Source of the DNA: Promethearchaeia archaeon
Lineage (GTDB): Archaea; Asgardarchaeota; Lokiarchaeia; Sigyniarchaeales; SOKP01
Reading direction: 5' to 3'
NCBI GenBank assembly: GCA_029856045.1
Contig: JAHQWG010000048.1
Location: 1 to 64,000, forward strand
DNA length: 64,000 nt
The notes beneath the pieces were generated by a model. That model was given only the letters and a program-made list of their open reading frames with translations. It was not told where the DNA came from and ran no database searches. Below are positions 29,461 through 37,853 of this stretch, piece by piece. The stretch's first letter is position 1. The number at the start of each line of letters is the position of its first letter. The translations under genes and the position numbers were made by a program.

Positions 29461-31050
29461 TTAAATTTTTTTTATTTCAATAACAGATTTATTAAGATCT
29501 CTGTGTAGATAGATTATTCCAATTATCATTAGAGCCGAAATTGCTACTATAATTAATAATCGATAATCAAAAATTATTGATAATAAAAAATTTCCTGAAC
29601 CACTGCCAAATATCAATTTTACAACTAAGAAATAATCATGATTGCTTGGTACAAAAATTCCACATCTTCTATAAAAATCAAATTGGTTAATAGTTGAAGC
29701 AGTTATTATAGGTTCTCCATAATAATTAGGTGTGGTATCAAAAATATAAAGCTCTGCTTCTGCATCATTTAATAAGGCTAAATCAAAAAAATAATGCATT
29801 CCACCTTGTAAGTTAATTTTTCTGCACCACACTTTTTTTTGATTAGAATTATCTCCTAAGGAAAAACAAACACTATTATTATTTTCAAAACTTACATATT
29901 GGTCCAATGCATCTAGAGCAGCATAACCTTGAACCATTCCCCATCCTTGATAATTATCTTTTATAACTCTTGGATAAATAGTCTTTAAGGAAGTTAAAGA
30001 AATAATACTTTTTACTTCAAGGGGTGTTAAAGAAAAGTCTTTTTCAAGCATTAATGATGCTAAGCCGCTAACCATAGGAGCTGCTGCAGATGTCCCAGAA
30101 GCGTACATATAGGTATTATTTCTCCCAAGATGGTCCTTTGTAGCTCCATATATACTAACAGCGGGTGCGCATAAATCTGGTTTGATAATATTTTCACTAG
30201 AAGGACCTTTACTGCTTTTTGAATACATCATACCGTTGTTTTTCACACCACCGACACCAATAACCGATTTTGCATCAGCAGGAGAATTAATTGTTTGAAA
30301 ACCTGTTCCCTCTCCCCCATCATTTCCTACAGCAGCAACCACAACAATTCCAGCTTCCACCAAGGATTCTGTGATTGAATTTAAGAGTATAATTGAATCA
30401 CTATCTGAGGAAGCTTCTACTCCAAAGCTCATACTCACTATTTTTATATTATATTTATTTTTATTTTCAAGAACCCAATTAATCCCATTTTCGATGGTTT
30501 GAATAGAAGATATTAATTCATCTTCCTCTTCAGAGTATTCAAATACTTTTATAGACACCAACTTTGCATCAGGGGCTACTCCAAGGTATTGTGGTGAATT
30601 CCCTACTGCAATTGATGATACATATGTTCCATGAGAATCAATATCTTCTGGACTTTTTTCTATTTGAGTAAAAGCATCATAAAACGCTATAATTTTTTCA
30701 TTCCAAGATTGGGTTCCATTATTTGTGAAAACTTCATGATACGGATAAATTCCCGTGTCGATTATTGCGATAGTTGAATTTTCTCCGCTTAAATCTTGAT
30801 CAATAAAAGATCTATTTACGCTAATCAAATCACTCACTTGAAATTGAGAAATATCTGCTACCTTAAAGGGTGCTTGATTGGTTTGAAGATTTAAATTATA
30901 ATTTGGATTTAATGAAAAAGTTATTTGATTTAAATGAATCATTAGAAAAAGATGGGGAGAATTAAGCCAGATTACTATTAACCAGAAGAAAATCAATTTT
31001 TTATTTAAAAATGGTTTGCACCTATTTGAATAGTGAAACATGAATTGCAC
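29461..31050 (-). CDS. Subtilisin-like S8 serine protease, exported and C-terminally anchored
   Basis: Catalytic triad motifs IIDTGI, HGTYVSS, SGTSAAAP; N-terminal hydrophobic segment and C-terminal TM. Confidence 0.93.
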   Translation of the reverse strand: MQFMFHYSNRCKPFLNKKLIFFWLIVIWLNSPHLFLMIHLNQITFSLNPNYNLNLQTNQAPFKVADISQFQVSDLISVNRSFIDQDLSGENSTIAIIDTGIYPYHEVFTNNGTQSWNEKIIAFYDAFTQIEKSPEDIDSHGTYVSSIAVGNSPQYLGVAPDAKLVSIKVFEYSEEEDELISSIQTIENGINWVLENKNKYNIKIVSMSFGVEASSDSDSIILLNSITESLVEAGIVVVAAVGNDGGEGTGFQTINSPADAKSVIGVGGVKNNGMMYSKSSKGPSSENIIKPDLCAPAVSIYGATKDHLGRNNTYMYASGTSAAAPMVSGLASLMLEKDFSLTPLEVKSIISLTSLKTIYPRVIKDNYQGWGMVQGYAALDALDQYVSFENNNSVCFSLGDNSNQKKVWCRKINLQGGMHYFFDLALLNDAEAELYIFDTTPNYYGEPIITASTINQFDFYRRCGIFVPSNHDYFLVVKLIFGSGSGNFLLSIIFDYRLLIIVAISALMIIGIIYLHRDLNKSVIEIKKI

Positions 31051-31149
31051 TTATCCATAAAAAATTGATTTAATATTTGAATAAAAATAAAAGTTAATAA
31101 TTATATGAATTACGTAATTTTATTTTTAATCCAATAAGTTGTAGTTATT

Positions 31150-32742
31150 ATGGAACCAAGGGAAAAAAGGGAATTTTCCTTAGAAGAAAGGAAGATGTAT
31201 GCTCGTCAGCAGCTCGTTGAAGGCTGGGATCAAGAGACTATAAAGAATAGTTGTGCTTTGATTATTGGAGTGGGAGCTCTCGGGTGCGAGATTGCTAAGG
31301 ATTTAGCTTTAATGGGTATAGGAAAATTAATTTTAGTTGATATGGATAAAATTGAAACCTCAAATCTCTCAAGACAAATGTTATTTCATGCAGGAGATGA
31401 GGGGAGAACAAAAGTTGAGGTTGCTGCAGAGCGTTTAAAATTGATGGCTCCGTTTCTCGAAGTTGAGTATTATTTTGATAAATTACAAAATCTTCCAATG
31501 AAGGTGTATGAAGAATCGGATGTTATTATTGCTGCATTAGATAACGTTAGGGCAAGAATGGATTTAAACAAGATTGCTTTAAGATTAAAAAAACCAATGG
31601 TGGAGTCTGGTACGGTAGGATTTGAAGGTCATGTTCAAAACATTATCCCAAAAGGCTCAAATATAAAATTTCATAAGAGAGAAAAAGTTATAGATGAAAT
31701 AGTGCAAGAAAAATTATGGAATTTATCAGAAGAAGAATATACTGAATATTTTGCTGCTCAAGAAAGTATAGAAAAGCTTGAGGAGCGAATAGTTCTATTA
31801 AAATCTCAATTTATGGAGCCTGTTGTTGAAAAAGTACGAAAACAAGTTGAAAATGAGTTTGATGAAAAATATTCTGAAGATTATCTTGATCAAACAGCTT
31901 GTTATAGGTGCCTAGTTCCTATTCCACCACCTGATGATAAATTAATTGCAGCATGCACATTAAAGGGTATTCCGAGAAATAGAAATCATTGTGTTTTAAA
32001 AGCAGAGTTAAATTTTGAAAAGAAACATGGACGGATGCCAGATTTGGATAATGATGAGGATATATACAAATTAATGGAATTATCTCAAGAGGAATTAAAA
32101 TTATTACGAGAACGAGTTTTTAAGGAAAACGTCTCTGATGAGCAGTTATCAACATTATCAGAAGAAGAAATTCGAGAGTGGAAAATCAATATTCAAGATA
32201 CATTCGGTCAAGATTATGTATTTGAAGATATGGAAAATATTTTAGGAAATAAAATCGCTGCCGTTCAGACAGTTAGTTCAATTATCGCAAGTATTCAGTC
32301 CCAAGAGGCATTAAAATTAATATTTAGAGCAAAGGGAAGAGATATTGGGCCCCCCATGGATCCTCCGTATGTTAATTATAGCGGAATTTATGGAATATTC
32401 GAACAAGTCCCAGTGTTTAAGAGAAAAGATTGCATTGATTGTGGGGATATTGAAGGAGAGGAAAATGTTAGTATTGTGGTTCCATTTAATTCAAAGGTTA
32501 AAGATATTTTTAATGCACTAGATGTTTCTGGTTATAAATTCGATACCGAAAAGTGGATGATCACAAATTCAATGAATAAGGAGATTCTTTGGCACCCCTC
32601 AATTCCCACATTTAAAGATCCTGAAGCTCTATTACAAAGCTTAAAAATAACGAGTAATGACGTTGTAACACTCACACCTTTAAGTAAAGATGTAAGTAAA
32701 TTAGAAATAAAGAAATATAACGTAATCGTTTCCTATTTATAA
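31150..32742 (+). CDS. Ubiquitin-activating enzyme E1-like (Uba2/Uba3 type)
   Basis: YARQ, IGVGALGCE, DMDKIETSNLSRQ, ALDNVRAR, Zn pairs TACYRC and DCIDC, catalytic ACTLKGIPRNRNHC, C-terminal ubiquitin-fold-like domain. Confidence 0.92.
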   Translation: MEPREKREFSLEERKMYARQQLVEGWDQETIKNSCALIIGVGALGCEIAKDLALMGIGKLILVDMDKIETSNLSRQMLFHAGDEGRTKVEVAAERLKLMAPFLEVEYYFDKLQNLPMKVYEESDVIIAALDNVRARMDLNKIALRLKKPMVESGTVGFEGHVQNIIPKGSNIKFHKREKVIDEIVQEKLWNLSEEEYTEYFAAQESIEKLEERIVLLKSQFMEPVVEKVRKQVENEFDEKYSEDYLDQTACYRCLVPIPPPDDKLIAACTLKGIPRNRNHCVLKAELNFEKKHGRMPDLDNDEDIYKLMELSQEELKLLRERVFKENVSDEQLSTLSEEEIREWKINIQDTFGQDYVFEDMENILGNKIAAVQTVSSIIASIQSQEALKLIFRAKGRDIGPPMDPPYVNYSGIYGIFEQVPVFKRKDCIDCGDIEGEENVSIVVPFNSKVKDIFNALDVSGYKFDTEKWMITNSMNKEILWHPSIPTFKDPEALLQSLKITSNDVVTLTPLSKDVSKLEIKKYNVIVSYL

Positions 32743-32758
32743 AACTTTCATTTATACT

Positions 32759-33382
32759 TCATTTTTTACTCCTTGCTTTCCTAATATTTGCAATGAATTT
32801 ATCAATCAAGTAAGTTTTTATTTTAGCATTTTTTCCTGCTTCCATATCAAACTCAGAATCTCCTACATAAATAGCTTGTTTGCTAGAAATATTAAAGTGT
32901 TTCAGAATTTTATAAAGACCTTCAGGATTAGGTTTCCATTCAACAACATCTTCTCTTCCTACAATATATTGGAATTTTCCCAAGAGATTTTGTTTAGTTA
33001 AAATAGAAAAAATTGTTGAGCGAAAGTTCAAAGAAAAAATTGCAAATTTTATATCTGAATTCAATCCCAACTCTTCTAAATTCTCGATAAAAAAAACTAT
33101 TTCTTCAAAGAATGAATATTCTTTTATATTTTCTCTTTCAAATTTTTCAATAGTTCGAATATAAGATTCAATTAAATCGGGATCTCCTCTCGCTACAACT
33201 TTTTGTAAACCCAAAGTAATTCTGTTAAATGCTTGATCTTCTCCAAAATCATCCATATATTTATCACTAAGTAATTTACGCAAAGCATCCCAATCTACAT
33301 GTAGTTTTACAAGAGTTCCATCAAAATCAAAGACCACTACTCGCAAATCTTTTGGAAAATCCAATAATTCACTTAGCAACAT
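32759..33382 (-). CDS. HAD-family phosphatase
   Basis: VVFDFDGTL, KPNPEG, YVGDSEFD..AG. Confidence 0.92.
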   Translation of the reverse strand: MLLSELLDFPKDLRVVVFDFDGTLVKLHVDWDALRKLLSDKYMDDFGEDQAFNRITLGLQKVVARGDPDLIESYIRTIEKFERENIKEYSFFEEIVFFIENLEELGLNSDIKFAIFSLNFRSTIFSILTKQNLLGKFQYIVGREDVVEWKPNPEGLYKILKHFNISSKQAIYVGDSEFDMEAGKNAKIKTYLIDKFIANIRKARSKK

Positions 33383-33491
33383 TTAATATTTTAATTATTA
33401 TTTTTTTATTCATTTATTATTTTGTAGGATTAATTTTTAAAAGGAAAAAAAAGAAAAAGGAAGTCATTAAAGATATTTCTATAAAAAATTC

Positions 33492-34001
33492 CTAATCCAT
33501 TGCGTATTTTTTCGTCCAGTTCTCTGCTTTCTTATCAAATTTCGATTTTTGTTTAAAATATTGCTCTCCTGCTTCATGATTTAAAGGATCGCCGGGATTA
33601 AAAAATGGTGGTTCCACATGCATCATTCCCTTCAATGCTTCGACAATATTTGTTAATGTTTTAGAAGGAGTCCACCCCGAAGCCCCAGTAGAGGCATCAA
33701 CCTTACCGACTAGATCGGGATTAATAAGATCAAGACAAATATTCAATTTTCCTGGTGGAATTGAAGAGTCGATATTAGGATGCCACATTAAAGTATGAGC
33801 ATATACATATGGAGGTGCAAAAGGATAGTTCTCGGGCATTTTTATCTCGAATAAAAATTTACCTCCTGAATACGGAATTCCTGGCTTTCCTATTATTGAA
33901 AGCCTAAGGTGGTCTATTGATCTTCCCCAAGGTTCGATAATAACGAATTGATTATCTTTAAATGCCTCAAGCGCCTCTGCATAATCAGTTTCTTCTCTAA
34001 T
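33492..34001 (-). CDS. Ubiquitin-conjugating enzyme E2 (UBC), ~169 aa
   Basis: IIGKPGIPYSGGKFLFEIKMPENYPFAPP, WHPNI, catalytic ICLD, WTP, DPLNHEAG, WTKKYA. The tracked ORF (33839) lacks the first 54 codons; the frame opens at ATT 34001. Confidence 0.94.
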   Translation of the reverse strand: MREETDYAEALEAFKDNQFVIIEPWGRSIDHLRLSIIGKPGIPYSGGKFLFEIKMPENYPFAPPYVYAHTLMWHPNIDSSIPPGKLNICLDLINPDLVGKVDASTGASGWTPSKTLTNIVEALKGMMHVEPPFFNPGDPLNHEAGEQYFKQKSKFDKKAENWTKKYAMD

Positions 34002-34006
34002 TTTTT

Positions 34007-34012
34007 ACACCT
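34007..34012 (-). promoter_or_regulatory. Shine-Dalgarno-like AGGTGT of the E2 gene
   Basis: Minus strand reads AGGTGT-AAAAA-ATT; an in-frame TAA rules out any start further upstream. Confidence 0.6.
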
Positions 34013-34139
34013 AATAAGTTTAATTGTAATCTCAATTTAAAATTAAATTAAAAATAATTATGTTAAGTAATTTTATAATATTAGAATATAGTTAAAAATG
34101 TATTTAATATATAAACATGCTAATTTTTTTGCAAAATTT

Positions 34140-35546
34140 TCTAAATTCGGACCCTTACGCGAGTTAAATTGTCATTATTCTTTATAGAATAATAATTGTG
34201 AATCTAACTCAAAAAATTCGAATATTTCCCTCAAAGAATCAAAAACTGATTCTGTGGGATTTGTCGGAAAAATGTCGATTAATATATAATTTTGCGTTAG
34301 CTGAAAGAATAGAAAATTGGAATAAAAACAAATATAAGCCAAAAGACGACAAAAAATATATATCTTATTTAGAGCAACAAAATAAATTAACTTTACTTAA
34401 AAAGAAATATCCTGAATATAAATGGGTTTATTCTAAAGTTTTACAAATGATATTGAAAAGACTCAACTCTGATTATAAATCGTTTTTTACGAAATGGATA
34501 AATGGAGATAAACAAGCTCGACCACCTAAATTTAAATCAAAAAAAAGATTTACAACAATCTGTTATAATCAGAGTGGTTTCAAATTAGAAAAGAAAGTGA
34601 TACAATTTTCGCATAAACACCCTTCAAAAATTCCATTAATATTTTCTCTTAAATATCCTTATTGTGCTGTTGAAATTGTTAAACAGGTGGAAATTTTTAA
34701 AGATTTCCAAAATCGATGGTTTATTTCTATTACATATGAAGTTCAAGCACTAAAATACAAAGATAACGGGCTATATCAAGCAATTGATTTAGGAGTTTCA
34801 AATATTGTATCTGCGGTGAATTTGCACTCTAAATTTATTCAAATTAAAAATAAAAGAGCAGATCTCTATTGGAAAAAGAAAATAGAAAGCATTCAATCAA
34901 GGCGAGACCACTGTAAAAAATATAGTAAAAAGTGGAGAAAATATCATTACAAATTCAGGAAGATGCATCAAAAGTGTGCTTATCAAATGCGTGATTTTCA
35001 ACATAAAATTTCAAAACATATTGTGACACATACCAAAGCAAATACAATAATTGTCGGAGACCTAAATGTGAAAGAGATGGCTAAAAAGAAAAAATCTATG
35101 GGAAATGCTCAAAAAAATAAAGCTAACAAAACTTTAAACTATTCTGTTAACAATACGGGATCGTTGGGTCGTTTTGTCGAATTCTTAATTTACAAGGCGA
35201 GACTTGTAGGGAAAAGAGTTATAAGAATTGACGAATCGTATACTACTCAACGATGTTCAATTTGTGGAAAGCTTAAAAAAAGAAATCTTTCCGAAAGAAT
35301 TATTCAATGCGATTGTGGAAATTATCTTGATCGTGATCTTAATTCTGTGATCAACATTATGATTAAATTTTTGAAACATAAGCATTGTTACGTATTCCTA
35401 TCGCATCAACCCTCCTTGAACGAGGAATCCTTTCTACAAAAAAAGGATTTGCTACGATACACAGCCCCATCCGTAGTAAAAGTGATGGCGGACTCGTAGT
35501 GATACTAAAAAATTAGAAATATTTACTAATTTTTCAGTAAGTTCAA
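34140..35546 (+). mobile_element. IS200/IS605-family non-autonomous element (tnpB only; IS1341-like)
   Basis: tnpB with no tnpA. Right-end hairpin 35503-35539 is followed by TTCAA (35542-35546). An 8-bp inverted repeat ATTATTCT/AGAATAAT precedes the start. Left end is approximate. Confidence 0.72.
34198..35499 (+). CDS. tnpB: RNA-guided endonuclease TnpB
   Basis: N-terminal HTH (KIRIFP..CRLIYNFAL), AIDLG, IVGDLN, IDESYTTQRCSICG..CDCG..DRDLNS. Confidence 0.95.
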   Translation: MNLTQKIRIFPSKNQKLILWDLSEKCRLIYNFALAERIENWNKNKYKPKDDKKYISYLEQQNKLTLLKKKYPEYKWVYSKVLQMILKRLNSDYKSFFTKWINGDKQARPPKFKSKKRFTTICYNQSGFKLEKKVIQFSHKHPSKIPLIFSLKYPYCAVEIVKQVEIFKDFQNRWFISITYEVQALKYKDNGLYQAIDLGVSNIVSAVNLHSKFIQIKNKRADLYWKKKIESIQSRRDHCKKYSKKWRKYHYKFRKMHQKCAYQMRDFQHKISKHIVTHTKANTIIVGDLNVKEMAKKKKSMGNAQKNKANKTLNYSVNNTGSLGRFVEFLIYKARLVGKRVIRIDESYTTQRCSICGKLKKRNLSERIIQCDCGNYLDRDLNSVINIMIKFLKHKHCYVFLSHQPSLNEESFLQKKDLLRYTAPSVVKVMADS

Positions 35547-35566
35547 TAATACATCTCGATTTTTAT
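35385..35566 (+). ncRNA. Putative TnpB omegaRNA (scaffold plus flank-derived guide)
   Basis: Stems overlap the tnpB 3' end (CCTC/GAGG, AATCCTTT/AAAGGATT, CCATC/GATGG, terminal 14-bp hairpin), then TTCAA. Boundaries are inferred. Confidence 0.55.
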
Positions 35567-35681
35567 TAATAAATCTTTTTAATAAATTTTTAGTTTAGTT
35601 AATTTCCTTACCATTTAATTTAATGGACCAATGAAATATTTTTAAGAATATATTTAATAAATAGCTTAGTATTATTACCAA

Positions 35682-36128
35682 TTGGTTAATATGGGAAAAG
35701 AATTACCTAAGGAACATTTAAAGGAAAGAATTTTAAAATTTTTGAATAAGAGGAAGGTTTTAGTCTTATGCACATGCAATAACAATATTCCTCGCGCAAC
35801 TCCGCTTGATTTCTACAATGATGGATTAGACATATATATGACACCTGCAGGTGGAGCGAAAGTTAAAAATCTAAAAGTGAACCCTATAGCAAGTATAGGA
35901 ATATATACACCACTGTCCGAAGGTGAGATTCAAGGATTGCAAATAACATCAACTAAAATAAGATTTATTTATCCTGAGGATGATGATTATGAACATGCGA
36001 GAAAGATTGTTAAAAGGAAAGCTAAAATGTTTTTGAAGATAATTCCTGAAAAAATCGATTATTTAGATTATTCTTTAAGTAAAGAGGGATATTCAAGGTT
36101 TCAAGTTTTAGAACTGAAGGTAGATTAG
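35682..36128 (+). CDS. Pyridoxamine 5'-phosphate oxidase-like (split-barrel flavin-binding) protein
   Basis: VLVLCT....PRATPL, KVKNLKVNP..SIGIY, GLQI. Confidence 0.85.
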   Translation: MVNMGKELPKEHLKERILKFLNKRKVLVLCTCNNNIPRATPLDFYNDGLDIYMTPAGGAKVKNLKVNPIASIGIYTPLSEGEIQGLQITSTKIRFIYPEDDDYEHARKIVKRKAKMFLKIIPEKIDYLDYSLSKEGYSRFQVLELKVD

Positions 36129-36248
36129 AAGAAGTAAATCTTGGATTATTATCTATAAATATTTTTTAAGCTAAGTTTTATAAAAGACTTATAAACTGAC
36201 AAAAATTAAGTATTTTATAATTTTTTAAAAAAAATGGTTTATTAAAAA

Positions 36249-37598
36249 TTGGTTACAAAAATTGTAGTCATTGGAATGGGATATGTTGGAATTCCTATGG
36301 CAGTACTTTTAGCGGATATTGAAGATTTTCAAGTCTTAGGAATACAACGTCGCTCAGAAAGGTCTGGTTGGAAAATTGATTACCTTAATGCTGGAAAGAA
36401 TCCATTCGAGGGTGAAGAACCTGGGCTCGATAAATTAATTGCCAGAGTAGTAAAAAATAAAAAATTTCGGGTTATTGATGATTATTCAGTTTGTAAGAAT
36501 GCAGATTATATTTTAATTGATGTTCAAACTCCCGTAGATGCAAAAAAGATACCTCGTTATGAATCCTTAAAAAAAGTTTCAGAAAATATATCGAAAAATT
36601 TATCCAAAGGGACTACTATAATAATTGAATCAACTGTAGCTCCTGGAACAACCGATTATTTTGTAAAACCAATTTTGGAAGAGGGAAGTGGTTTAGAAAG
36701 GGGTAAAGACTTCTATCTGGTATTTTCATTTGAAAGACTAATGCCTGGAGCGTTAATTGATTATATTGTGAATATGCCAAGAGTAATTGGTGGAGGCTGT
36801 GAAGAAGCAAATAAGCGAGCATTAGCATTATATAGTCGCGTGATAAAATCTGAACTTCATTTTACAGATACATTGACCGCAGAATTAACTAAAGTTATAG
36901 AAAACACATATAGAGATATTAATATCGCATTTTCAAACGAAATGGCATTATTATGCGAAGATTTTAATCGAAATATTTTTGAAATTATCAATCTTATCAA
37001 TATGAGAAAAGATAGAATGATGCATATACCTGGTTCAGGCGTTGGAGGTCATTGTTTGACGAAAGATCCATGGTTATTAGTTCATGGACATGATAAATAC
37101 ACAGAAAAGAAGTATTGTACAAAAATGGTGCCACTCTCAAGAAAAGTTAATGAATTTATGCCAGTTCATACAAGTGAGTTGCTTAATGAAGCTTTTATGG
37201 AAGCAGGAATAAAAGAAAACCCTTTTAAAATTGCAATTTTAGGAGTTGCATATAAAGCAGATTGTGATGATACCAGAAATACTCCCGTAGTATCGATTGT
37301 TGAAAAGGTTAGACGTCTATTTTCATATAATAAAATCGAAATCATTGCTCATGATCCATATGTTAAAACGAAGGACTATAATAATTCGGAATTGACAAGA
37401 GATCTTGATAAAGCAGTAACGGATGCTGATGGAATAATTATCGCTACAAATCATAGTATGTATAAACATTTAGATTTAGATGACATCAGAAAGAAAATGA
37501 GGCATCCCGTAATTATTGATGGTCGCAATATTCTTACAAAAAAAGAATGCCAAGACCATGGTTTTATCTATAGAAAAGTCGGAGAAGGACCAAATTAA
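36249..37598 (+). CDS. UDP-N-acetylhexosamine/nucleotide-sugar 6-dehydrogenase (WecC/WbpA-like)
   Basis: IGMGYVGIP, ESTVAPGTT, ERLMPG, KVIENTYRDINIA, PGSGVGGHC, LGVAYK..DDTRNTP. Confidence 0.93.
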   Translation: MVTKIVVIGMGYVGIPMAVLLADIEDFQVLGIQRRSERSGWKIDYLNAGKNPFEGEEPGLDKLIARVVKNKKFRVIDDYSVCKNADYILIDVQTPVDAKKIPRYESLKKVSENISKNLSKGTTIIIESTVAPGTTDYFVKPILEEGSGLERGKDFYLVFSFERLMPGALIDYIVNMPRVIGGGCEEANKRALALYSRVIKSELHFTDTLTAELTKVIENTYRDINIAFSNEMALLCEDFNRNIFEIINLINMRKDRMMHIPGSGVGGHCLTKDPWLLVHGHDKYTEKKYCTKMVPLSRKVNEFMPVHTSELLNEAFMEAGIKENPFKIAILGVAYKADCDDTRNTPVVSIVEKVRRLFSYNKIEIIAHDPYVKTKDYNNSELTRDLDKAVTDADGIIIATNHSMYKHLDLDDIRKKMRHPVIIDGRNILTKKECQDHGFIYRKVGEGPN

Positions 37599-37683
37599 TC
37601 CTAACTTCTCTTTTTAGAAAAACTAAAAAATAAATATTAATTTACACATATTAATTGATATTTGTTGGAAAAAATTATAACAA

Positions 37684-37815
37684 CCCCTGGTAGCTCAGTG
37701 GTAGTAGCGCACGGCTGTAGATTTTTATCGCGTATTGAGAAAAAGATCAATGAAAATACGTCAGCTAAAGCGAATAGATACCGTGTGGTCGCTGGTTCAA
37801 ATCCGGCCCAGGGGA
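37684..37815 (+). tRNA. tRNA-Tyr(GTA) with a 59-nt intron at 37/38 (37721-37779)
   Basis: Acceptor CCCCTGG/CCAGGGG plus A73 (C1:G72); anticodon stem CACGG/CCGTG with GTA at 37717-37719; T arm GCTGG-TTCAAAT-CCGGC; central helix CTGT/ATAG with 3-nt bulges; CCA not encoded. Confidence 0.95.
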
Positions 37816-37853
37816 CTTTCTATTTTTTTTTATTTTTAGAAAACTTAGAAAAT

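Noticed and set aside
35050-35061. TnpB as a nuclease-dead (TldR-like) regulator
   Set aside because: Loss of the canonical Glu is accompanied by the alternative Glu in DESYTT, and both Asp residues remain.
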